A stretch of DNA of 64,000 bases from Anaeroplasmataceae bacterium (GTDB lineage: Bacteria; Bacillota_I; Bacilli_A; Acholeplasmatales; Anaeroplasmataceae), in the NCBI GenBank assembly GCA_020025015.1, contig JAHHSV010000002.1, positions 577 through 64,576 on the forward strand, read 5' to 3'. The notes beneath the pieces were generated by a model. The model was not told where the DNA came from. It was given only the letters and a program-made list of their open reading frames with translations, and did not search any database. Each line of letters begins with the position of its first letter. The first letter of the stretch is position 1. The translations under genes were made by a program, and so were the position numbers. Positions 8,690 through 16,756 of this stretch are shown one piece after another.

Positions 8690-9968
8690 TCTTTAAATCC
8701 TCTTTTCTTAAATAAAGATAATAAATTAAAACTATACTTATTAAAAGCAATACACCCTGAATAACTAAAAATGAAGAAAACACACCTTGAATTTCAAACA
8801 AGTAGCTAAATAAGATTAAAAATACTGGTGTTAAAACTAATGGCTCTAATAGAGTTAAAAGATTAGCTCCCCAAATCTTATTAGCCGAATAAAGGAAGCA
8901 GCCATTTATTCTTGTTATTACTAATAGGAAAAAGGCACTAAAGTAATAATAAAAGCCCATATTATAATATGTTAAAGCCTCATCACTTAAATTATATAAT
9001 AAAGGTATTTGATTTTTAAGGAAAAAGAACGTTAAAATTATGATACTACTAAAGCCAACGCCTATTAAAATAGTCTTAAAATATAATTCATTAAGTTTCT
9101 TCCTATCATTAGACCCATAATAATAGCTGACTAAAGGCTGAACACCATCACCACTACCTGAGGCTGAAGCTTGAACTATATATAATAAATAGCTAAATAA
9201 GGTATAGGCAGCTGTTAAACTATTACCACCATAAGTTAAGCATATGGTGTTATTTAAAATATTTATCACTGAATAAGCATAATTTAAGGCAAATGGTGCA
9301 AGCGAGCCAATTAAAATTGGTTTTAAGATTGGCTTTTCAAGCCTTACCTTAGGCTTTAAAATAATAAAGCCCATAATAGCAATAAAGCCCTGTGAAATAA
9401 CTGATCCAATCGCAGCACCAACTAGATCAAGATTTAGCATGAAGATAAAAACATAATCAAAAACAAAGTTAATTATAGTTGCGCCAATTGAAATAAACAT
9501 GGCCATTTTTGTTTTACCCTCATTTTTAAGTAATGGGGTAAAGCCACCACTAAAAATATGGAATACTGCACATAAAGACATAACCAATAAATAATTATAG
9601 CCATGCTCTAAAACAATTCCCTCAGCTCCTGACCAAACTAATAATGGCTTGGCAAGTAAGCTTACAAAAATCGTAAAAAATACACTGGCAACTAATAAAA
9701 TTAGAATTGTTGAATTCATAATTTTATTTTTTAACTCGAAATTTCTTTCCCCGTCAGCAATTGATGATTTAATACCACCACTAATACCAATTGCTAAGCC
9801 AATAGTTTGCATAAAGGCAACAATTGGCCAAGCTAAATTAATAGCCGTTAGGCCAGCATCACCAAGCTTTAAACCAATAAAACCACCATCAACTAAAACA
9901 TAAATTCCCAAAAATAAAGAGGAAATTAGTGATGGTAAAATATAAGAAAGCATTTTATTTTTAGGCAT
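8682..9968 (-). CDS. MATE family efflux transporter
   Basis: 428 aa and about 12 predicted TM helices. The MATE-like N-terminus is ILPSLISSLFLGIYVLVDGGFIGLKLGDAGLTAINLAWPI. It overlaps nth (8 nt) and pncC (8 nt). TGA stop. Confidence 0.75.
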   Translation of the reverse strand: MPKNKMLSYILPSLISSLFLGIYVLVDGGFIGLKLGDAGLTAINLAWPIVAFMQTIGLAIGISGGIKSSIADGERNFELKNKIMNSTILILLVASVFFTIFVSLLAKPLLVWSGAEGIVLEHGYNYLLVMSLCAVFHIFSGGFTPLLKNEGKTKMAMFISIGATIINFVFDYVFIFMLNLDLVGAAIGSVISQGFIAIMGFIILKPKVRLEKPILKPILIGSLAPFALNYAYSVINILNNTICLTYGGNSLTAAYTLFSYLLYIVQASASGSGDGVQPLVSYYYGSNDRKKLNELYFKTILIGVGFSSIIILTFFFLKNQIPLLYNLSDEALTYYNMGFYYYFSAFFLLVITRINGCFLYSANKIWGANLLTLLEPLVLTPVFLILFSYLFEIQGVFSSFLVIQGVLLLISIVLIYYLYLRKEDLKNA

Positions 9969-10602
9969 CTTTTTTTCTCCTCTTTAGCTTACAATATTCC
10001 TTTAATGGACAAATATCACATTTAGGATTTTGTGCCTTACAATAATTTCTACCAAATAAAATCAATAAATGGTGGGCATCAATCCAATCATCCTTAGGAA
10101 TATACTTTTTTAAATTTTCTTCAGCCTTTAATAAATCATCAGCTTCCTTCCTAAAGCCTAAGCGATAGCTTGTTCTATAAACATGCGTATCTACAGCAAT
10201 AGCCGGAATATGAAAGCCTACTGCACTAACAACGTTAGCTGTTTTTCTTCCAACACCTGGTAATTCAATCAAAGCCTTAAAATCCTTAGGTACCTCACTA
10301 TTATATTTTTCTACTAAAACCTTAGCCATCTTAACTAGATTGCTAGCTTTAGTATTAGCTAAACCAATTGAGCGAATAATATCCATTATTTCATTATAGG
10401 AAGCCTTACTTAAGGCCTCTGGATTAGGATATTTTTGAAATAAAGCAGGAGTAACTAAATTAACTCTTTCATCTGTCGTTTGCGCACTAAGCATTACGGC
10501 ACATAAAAGCTCAAAAACATTATTATGATTTAAAAAGCATTTTGGTTCCCCAAAAATGCTTCTAAGCTTGTCTACTATTTCCTTTGCCTTTAGTTTATTC
10601 AT
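9961..10602 (-). CDS. nth: Endonuclease III (DNA glycosylase/AP lyase)
   Basis: HhH-GPD motif LPGVGRKTANVV, catalytic region AVDTHV, and C-terminal 4Fe-4S cluster CKAQNPKCDICPLKEYC. Confidence 0.92.
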   Translation of the reverse strand: MNKLKAKEIVDKLRSIFGEPKCFLNHNNVFELLCAVMLSAQTTDERVNLVTPALFQKYPNPEALSKASYNEIMDIIRSIGLANTKASNLVKMAKVLVEKYNSEVPKDFKALIELPGVGRKTANVVSAVGFHIPAIAVDTHVYRTSYRLGFRKEADDLLKAEENLKKYIPKDDWIDAHHLLILFGRNYCKAQNPKCDICPLKEYCKLKRRKKDA

Positions 10603-11201
10603 CGCTTTAAACCTATTTTTTTCATAAATTCTTGTAATGATTCATCTAAAACTACAGGATTTTCATTCTTCTCAATAAACCTTGCAATATTTCTAACTGT
10701 AACATCATACTTACTCTTTTCAATACGATTAATAGTTTCTAAAATATCATCATAGGTATGGTGCTCCTTAGTGATTAAAGGAATTAAGATGTCATATTCA
10801 CTAGAGGTAATAATTCGATTAGTTTTCTTTTCTACATAACGAATTATCTTATTAATCTCATCTTCCTCTGGCTTATTCTTATCAGTATAGTCCTGTTCTA
10901 TTTTTTCAAAGAAAGGCTCAACCGTAAATTTTTCAACACCTATACCATTTTCATATTGCATATAAACCTTATAAAAGGAATGCTCAAGCATATTAGAAAG
11001 AGCTGTTGTAATCTCATTAACATGAAGTAAGCAGCTTTCCTCAATTTTATTAATTGAAATAGTGTTTACACCCTTTTTATACTCATCTAATAAATAAAAT
11101 AAAACCGCAACCTCATTAGGAGTAAGCTCTAATTTGCTCGCATTTTTTATAATGTATTCCCTATAATTTAGATACCCATCTAAATATAACTCAAATAACA
11201 T
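10599..11201 (-). CDS. dnaD: DnaD-domain replication initiation/membrane attachment protein
   Basis: 200 aa. A winged-helix-like N-terminus (LTPNEVAVLFYLLDEY) and its position immediately upstream of nth with a 4-nt overlap match the conserved dnaD-nth pair of Bacillota. Confidence 0.6.
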   Translation of the reverse strand: MLFELYLDGYLNYREYIIKNASKLELTPNEVAVLFYLLDEYKKGVNTISINKIEESCLLHVNEITTALSNMLEHSFYKVYMQYENGIGVEKFTVEPFFEKIEQDYTDKNKPEEDEINKIIRYVEKKTNRIITSSEYDILIPLITKEHHTYDDILETINRIEKSKYDVTVRNIARFIEKNENPVVLDESLQEFMKKIGLKR

Positions 11202-11209
11202 TTTACCAC

Positions 11210-11875
11210 CTATTTTGCTCGCTTAAGCAAGGCTTCCTTCGCCGCCATTTGCTCAGCTTCTTTTTTTGTTTTACCAGAACCATGACCATAAACTAAGCCA
11301 TCAATATAAACCTCAGCCGCAAATAAACGATCATGAGTAGGACCGGTTTCTGAAACTATCTTGTATTCAATATTACGCTTTTCTGATTGAATTTCCTCTT
11401 GGAAAATTGACTTATAATCCTTGATAACTGCAGTTTCATCAATATATGGTAATACAAGCTTACCAAAAACCATTCGAGCCTTATCAAAGCCATAGGTTAA
11501 ATATATAGCACCTAAAAAAGCCTCGAAGGCATCGGCAATAATAGCCTTATTGCTTCTACCACCAGTCTTTTCTTCACCTTTTCCTAATAAAAGATAATCC
11601 TGTAAATTAATCTTTGAAGCATAAATATCTAAGGCCTCCTCACGAACAGCCTGAGCTCTTTTTTGCGTTAAAACACCCTCATCCTTACTAATGCTACCAT
11701 ATAAATAGGTACTCATACATAGCTCTAAGACAGCATCGCCTAAGAACTCTAATCTTTCATTACAATTTGTATGATGCTCATTAGCATAGGAAGAATGAGT
11801 AAATGCTTCAATTAATAAGCTATCATCACTAGGCTTTTCTAAGCCAACTAAATCTAGTAACTTTTCTAATTCCAT
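11210..11875 (-). CDS. rnc: Ribonuclease III
   Basis: RNase III signature ERLEFLGDAVLEL. C-terminal dsRBD GSGKTKKEAEQMAAKEAL. Confidence 0.93.
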   Translation of the reverse strand: MELEKLLDLVGLEKPSDDSLLIEAFTHSSYANEHHTNCNERLEFLGDAVLELCMSTYLYGSISKDEGVLTQKRAQAVREEALDIYASKINLQDYLLLGKGEEKTGGRSNKAIIADAFEAFLGAIYLTYGFDKARMVFGKLVLPYIDETAVIKDYKSIFQEEIQSEKRNIEYKIVSETGPTHDRLFAAEVYIDGLVYGHGSGKTKKEAEQMAAKEALLKRAK

Positions 11876-12876
11876 TACTCTGCCTCTTTCTCTATTGCCT
11901 TACGTACGTGATTAATAACATCCTTTTTAACCATCTCACGAGCCTGACGAATAGCATTATAGAAAGCAAAGCTATCACTGTTACCATGAGCCTTAATTAC
12001 AGGTACAGGAATACCTAAAATCATTGCTCCACCAACCTCTGATGAATCCATGCGTTTTTTAAAGCGTGCTAAATTTTTACGCATAAAGATATAGCCAATT
12101 TTGCCCCAAATATTACGCTTAATTTCTTCCTTAAGCATAACACCCATAGCCTTAGCTGTACCTTCAATAGCCTTCATACAAACATTAGTTGTAAAGCCAT
12201 CATTAATAATAATTTCAATAGGTGTAGTTATAACATCATTACCCTCAACATTACCATAGAAATTAATGTTTTTATTAGCACTTAAAACCTCAAAGGTTTC
12301 CTTATCAACTGGTCTACCCTTACCTGGCTCTGAGCCAATATTTAATAAACCAACCCTTGGATTTTCATAGCCTAAAACCTCTTTAGCAACAATTGTAGCA
12401 AAGGTAGCTAATAAATCGATATGCTCAGGACGTAATTCAACGTTTGCTCCAACATCTAGTAAAAGCTTAGCTCTACCATCAATGCTTGGAATAATTGGGC
12501 ATAAAGCAATACGCTCAACCTCAGGTAAACGTCTAATTAAAATATGCGCACCAACTACAACGCATTGAGTAGGTCCACTAGTAACAACTGCATCTACTAA
12601 TTTATTTTTAGCATCCTGCATAGCAACGCATAATGACGCTGTATTTCTCTTACTTCTTACGGCTCTAATAGGATCCTCTTCACCCATATCAAGAACATCC
12701 TCTGTTGGATGAATTGTAATTCTTTCCTTACAGGTTAAAAGCTCATTAATCTTAACCTCATCACCATAAAGCACTATTTCTATATCATCAAATTTTTTAA
12801 CTGCATCCATTGCGGCCTTAACAGTTGTATTTAAACCATAATCTCCGCCCATAGCATCTACTGCAATTTTAATCAT
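11875..12876 (-). CDS. plsX: Phosphate acyltransferase PlsX
   Basis: MIKIAVDAMGGDYG N-terminus and KAHGNSD motif. I prefer ATG 12876 (GGTGA upstream) to the track's TTG at 12888. A TAATG stop/start overlap links it to rnc. Confidence 0.9.
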   Translation of the reverse strand: MIKIAVDAMGGDYGLNTTVKAAMDAVKKFDDIEIVLYGDEVKINELLTCKERITIHPTEDVLDMGEEDPIRAVRSKRNTASLCVAMQDAKNKLVDAVVTSGPTQCVVVGAHILIRRLPEVERIALCPIIPSIDGRAKLLLDVGANVELRPEHIDLLATFATIVAKEVLGYENPRVGLLNIGSEPGKGRPVDKETFEVLSANKNINFYGNVEGNDVITTPIEIIINDGFTTNVCMKAIEGTAKAMGVMLKEEIKRNIWGKIGYIFMRKNLARFKKRMDSSEVGGAMILGIPVPVIKAHGNSDSFAFYNAIRQAREMVKKDVINHVRKAIEKEAE

Positions 12877-12956
12877 AATAATCACCAACCTATAGTTATA
12901 ATCTCTTTTATTTTACCATTAATGAACAAAAATATAAAGACAATTACCAATTATAA

Positions 12957-12981
12957 CAAAAAAGACTACAATTGTAGTCTC
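12957..12981 (-). terminator. Terminator after the ABC substrate-binding gene
   Basis: AGACTACA (12963-12970) pairs with TGTAGTCT (12973-12980). TTTTTTG follows on the minus strand. Confidence 0.6.
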
Positions 12982-12988
12982 TTAATTT

Positions 12989-14155
12989 CTAATATATCTT
13001 ACTTAAATCTAATTTATTTAAGCTATCTGGTACTCTAGCTAATAACAAATCAGTTAAATCCTTACCCAAAAACATTTCTGTTATTTCCTTAGTCTTATTT
13101 TTAATATCTTCCTTAGAAAATACCTCTGGATAAGCAACAGATGCACAGTAATAGCAGTTTATTAAAGCCATCTCAATATTAGTTTGATAGGCATTACAAG
13201 GTAGCTGAACATAAACCTCATCATTTTTAAAGGCTGAAATGCTTTCTAGAATATTTTTATTCTTAGCAATACTAAAATCTTCCTTTAGCTTTTGAATCCC
13301 CCCACCATCAATTATTATTTTCTTAGGATCTAGCTTTTTTAATTGCTCTAAATCAAATTCATGATAATAATTAGGCTTTTTAGAGCCCTCTGGCTCTAAA
13401 GGATCAATTATATTTTTAATATTTGCAATCTCAAAGGTTGAATAGCCCGCAACAGTTGACTGAATACCACGCTGACCACTATGGCTATTACAGCCATAAT
13501 AAATAGGTGTTGATTCCTTATTTAAGGTTTTTTGATTAATTTCAAGCATTGCAGCTTCCATATATTTAATTAAAGCCTCAGCTCTAGTGCTCGCATTCAT
13601 AATTGAACCTATTAGCTTAATTGAAGCAAATAAGGAAGGATCCTTAATATCATTAGTTTTATAAAAAACCCTAACTACAGGCACATTGATTTGATTTTGT
13701 AAATTATTTACAGCCTCAACACTATGAGATGAGAAAATTAAATCTGGCTTAGCCATCAATAGCTCCTCAGAATTAGGGACAGTTTCGCCACGACCACCCA
13801 TACCACATAAAGGTAGCTTACTAAAATATTCCTTATTCACCTCATAATAAGGACGAAGCGGTGTACGATTAGCAACCATTTCTTTAAAATTTTCAACTCT
13901 TTCAACCGCACAAATATAGTTAATATCGGCAACATAGCTATATAGCCTCATAGTTCCTGAGCCAATACAGCAGACTCTTCTTATTTCCTTAGGTAAGGTT
14001 ACCTCACGATTAGAAATATCCTTAATATTTCTTTTACCTTCCTCAATAATTATTGGTTCTACATCAGTTTCTATATTAGGAGCTTTTTCCTTACCACAGG
14101 AAGCTAAAGATAATAATCCTAACACACTCAATAGTAAAATTAATCCTTTTTTCAT
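12989..14155 (-). CDS. ABC transporter substrate-binding lipoprotein (iron-chelate/cobalamin type, Peripla_BP_2-like)
   Basis: Lipobox LLSLASC-GKE. Operon context with a FecCD-type permease and FepC-type ATPase. 388 aa. Confidence 0.7.
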   Translation of the reverse strand: MKKGLILLLSVLGLLSLASCGKEKAPNIETDVEPIIIEEGKRNIKDISNREVTLPKEIRRVCCIGSGTMRLYSYVADINYICAVERVENFKEMVANRTPLRPYYEVNKEYFSKLPLCGMGGRGETVPNSEELLMAKPDLIFSSHSVEAVNNLQNQINVPVVRVFYKTNDIKDPSLFASIKLIGSIMNASTRAEALIKYMEAAMLEINQKTLNKESTPIYYGCNSHSGQRGIQSTVAGYSTFEIANIKNIIDPLEPEGSKKPNYYHEFDLEQLKKLDPKKIIIDGGGIQKLKEDFSIAKNKNILESISAFKNDEVYVQLPCNAYQTNIEMALINCYYCASVAYPEVFSKEDIKNKTKEITEMFLGKDLTDLLLARVPDSLNKLDLSKIY

Positions 14156-14157
14156 TT

Positions 14158-14919
14158 CTATATCCCTTCTTTTAAAATAATATGTCTTTTATCATCAATT
14201 GTAACAATGCTTGCCTCAATACCAAAGGCCTCACTTAAATCCTCAGCCTCTAGCTTTTCAGGTATTGTTGTTTTAATAATTTTATTATCATTTAAAATAA
14301 TTAAAGAATCAAAAAAATGCATTGCCAGGTTTAAATCATGAATATTAACTAAAACAGTGATTTTTCTTTTCTTAGCAATTCTTCTAATTAAGCCTAAAAC
14401 CTCAATTTGATTTTTAATATCTAAATTACTTGTCGGCTCATCTAAATATAAAAGCTTAGGCTCCTTAACTAAGGCTCTTGCAATTGCAACCTTTTGCCTT
14501 TCACCACCACTTAGGTTATTAACATTCTTAAAGGCTAAATCCTTAAGTTTCAAATCCTCAATAATACTATTAACAATTTCTAAATCAGTCTTACCAGCCT
14601 CAAAGCCAAAATAAGGCCTTCTACCAATTAAAATCGAATCAAAAACCGTAGCGTCACTAAATATTATATTTTGCGGCACATAGCCAATTAGCTTACTTTT
14701 TTCCTTAAGCTTTAAGCTATTTAGATTTATTCCATCTAAATAAATCTCGCCCTCTTTTACCTTAACTAAACTAACTATACAACGCATAAGGGTTGTTTTA
14801 CCAACACCATTTTTACCAAGAATTCCCACTAGGCTAGAATCATCAGTCTTAAAATTAATGTCCTCTAAAACCCTATCCTTACCGTTATAGCTATAAAATA
14901 AATTCTTAACCTCTAGCAT
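14158..14919 (-). CDS. ABC transporter ATP-binding protein (FepC/FecE type)
   Basis: Walker A GKNGVGKTT, signature LSGGERQ, Walker B LLYLDEPT. ATG 14919 is preferred. The track's start at 14925 is a TTG overlapping the permease TGA stop. Confidence 0.88.
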   Translation of the reverse strand: MLEVKNLFYSYNGKDRVLEDINFKTDDSSLVGILGKNGVGKTTLMRCIVSLVKVKEGEIYLDGINLNSLKLKEKSKLIGYVPQNIIFSDATVFDSILIGRRPYFGFEAGKTDLEIVNSIIEDLKLKDLAFKNVNNLSGGERQKVAIARALVKEPKLLYLDEPTSNLDIKNQIEVLGLIRRIAKKRKITVLVNIHDLNLAMHFFDSLIILNDNKIIKTTIPEKLEAEDLSEAFGIEASIVTIDDKRHIILKEGI

Positions 14920-14921
14920 AA

Positions 14922-15986
14922 TCAATCATTTTTCTTTCTTAATAGTAAATAAATAAACATTGGTCCACCTAATAAAGAGGTAATAGCTCCAACCGGTAGG
15001 CTTGTACCAATAACAATAACCCTACTAACAATATCTGATAATATTAATAAGCAGGAGCCAAATAAACAAGAGGCAGGAATTAAATATCTAAAATCATCCT
15101 TAATAAACTTCTTCATAATTTGTGGAGATATTAAACCAATAAAGCCAATAACACCTAAAAAGGAAACCGCAACAGCTGTAATCAAGGACGCTAATAACAA
15201 GCTAATTATCGTTAAGCCCTCTGTTTTAACTCCTAAGGTTTTAGCCAAATCATTACCATTAGCCATCGCATTATAGTCCCAACGCTTAAGCATAAAAAAG
15301 CCTAAGGAAATAAAAATAACAATAAACATTAATAGGCATTCCATGTAGGTTGCCCTACCTAAATTACCAAAGGACCAAAAGACCGCTGAGGCTAATTCAG
15401 TATCATCAGAAAAGAACTGAACTATTAAGGTGCCTGCCTGAAATATCGTACCTATCGCAACACCAGCTAAAACGATTGATTCCTTGCTAAAATGCTTAAA
15501 TCGCGCTAATAATAAAATTAAACCAACACTCGCTAAGGCAAATAAAAAGGCAAAAATCGTAACTAAATAAGGATTATTAATATCAATAAGGCCATTACTT
15601 TTAGCAAATGAGCCCGCTCCTAAGGTAATAATAGCTAGGTTAGCACCAAAGACAGCCGCATTACCAACACCTAAGGTTGAAGGCGATGCCATATCATTTT
15701 TTAAAACATTTTGCATGATGCAACCACTAATAGCTAAGCCACCACCCGCTAAAAAGGCCGCTATAACCCTCGGTAAGCGAATGTTATAAACAATTAAAAT
15801 ATTTTCTTCACTACCTTGATGAAAGATAGCCTTACATACATCTATAAAGGGAATATAGGTTGAACCAACTGATACACCTAAAATAAATAAAAATATAGCA
15901 GCAAAAAAAAGAATAATTAAGACCAGCCTTTTTTTAGCCATATTATTCTTATAAAAATCAATTAAATTACCACTACTATATTTCAT
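14922..15986 (-). CDS. FecCD-family ABC permease (iron-chelate/B12 uptake)
   Basis: 354 aa, polytopic. FecCD-like segments include RLPRVIAAFLAGGGLAISGCIMQNVLKNDMASPSTLG and LPVGAITSLLGGPMFIYLL. Confidence 0.85.
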   Translation of the reverse strand: MKYSSGNLIDFYKNNMAKKRLVLIILFFAAIFLFILGVSVGSTYIPFIDVCKAIFHQGSEENILIVYNIRLPRVIAAFLAGGGLAISGCIMQNVLKNDMASPSTLGVGNAAVFGANLAIITLGAGSFAKSNGLIDINNPYLVTIFAFLFALASVGLILLLARFKHFSKESIVLAGVAIGTIFQAGTLIVQFFSDDTELASAVFWSFGNLGRATYMECLLMFIVIFISLGFFMLKRWDYNAMANGNDLAKTLGVKTEGLTIISLLLASLITAVAVSFLGVIGFIGLISPQIMKKFIKDDFRYLIPASCLFGSCLLILSDIVSRVIVIGTSLPVGAITSLLGGPMFIYLLLRKKND

Positions 15987-16082
15987 AAAATCACAACCCT
16001 TTCTTATTCTACTATATTTTAAGGATTAATCAAACAAAACTTTGATTATTGTTTTATTTTTCTTAATTTTTTTAGGATTTTT

Positions 16083-16126
16083 AGAACACAATGTTTTTTA
16101 TGTTCTTGTTATTAAAACACTTGTTT
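16083..16126. promoter_or_regulatory. Operator-like inverted repeats in the divergent ABC / TetR intergenic region
   Basis: AGAACACAA-tgtttt-TTATGTTCT (16083-16106) has 9-bp arms with 1 mismatch. AAACA-ct-TGTTT (16115-16126) is a second palindrome. They flank or sit within a possible TTGTTA (16106-11) - 17 nt - TGgTAAAAT (16129-34) promoter for the TetR gene. Confidence 0.4.
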
Positions 16127-16151
16127 GGTAAAATAAAGATGGTGATAAATA

Positions 16152-16712
16152 ATGGATAAAAGATTAACTAAAACAAATAAAAAAATTTTAGTAGCCTTTA
16201 AGCAGCTACTAAAGAAAACTAATTATAATGACATAATCATTGAAGATATTATTAAAGAGGCAGATATTGTAAGAAGCACCTTCTACCGCCACTATAAAAC
16301 TAAAAATGATCTCTTAACAAGCGTTTGTAAGGATATATTTACCCATGTCTTTAGTCATTCCCTTGAGGAAGAAAAAAGCCATGATTTTTCTAAATCCTCA
16401 ATGCTTGACTATAAGCATTACATAACTCATCTTTTCTATCACTTAGATGATGAGCATGAGCTAATTCACGCTATTTTAAATAGTGAGGCTAAGGTCTTCT
16501 TTATTGATAGCCTAAATAAGGAATTTACCCCCTTTGCCAAGCTATGTATTAAAAATAAATTTTTCTATAATGAAAAGCTTCCTGAAATGCTGATGCTTGA
16601 AGGTATTCTTGCCAACTTTATTCTAATTATCGAATACTGGGATCAAACTAATTTTAGTAATAGCCCAGAGGCTTTAACTGATTACTTTCTTACTTTAAAT
16701 TATAAAGGCTAA
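16152..16712 (+). CDS. TetR/AcrR family transcriptional regulator
   Basis: N-terminal TetR HTH: ILVAFKQLLKKTNYNDIIIEDIIKEADIVRSTFYRHYKTKNDLL. 186 aa. Confidence 0.85.
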   Translation: MDKRLTKTNKKILVAFKQLLKKTNYNDIIIEDIIKEADIVRSTFYRHYKTKNDLLTSVCKDIFTHVFSHSLEEEKSHDFSKSSMLDYKHYITHLFYHLDDEHELIHAILNSEAKVFFIDSLNKEFTPFAKLCIKNKFFYNEKLPEMLMLEGILANFILIIEYWDQTNFSNSPEALTDYFLTLNYKG

Positions 16713-16755
16713 AAAATACTCCCTTCCTAGGTAATCCTAAGAAGGGAGCTTTTTA
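16711..16755. terminator. Bidirectional terminator between the convergent TetR and GLUG-protein genes
   Basis: CTCCCTTCCTAGG (16719-16731) pairs with CCTAAGAAGGGAG (16736-16748) with 1 mismatch. It is flanked by A-rich sequence on the left and a T-run on the right. Confidence 0.75.
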
Positions 16756-16756
16756 A

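Noticed and set aside
15987-16151. Cobalamin riboswitch or Fur box upstream of the FecCD-type ABC importer.
   Set aside because: I found no B12-box (GCCACTG-like) and no GC-rich paired elements. I also found no 19-bp Fur consensus-like palindrome. The region is only 165 nt and is shared with a divergent promoter.
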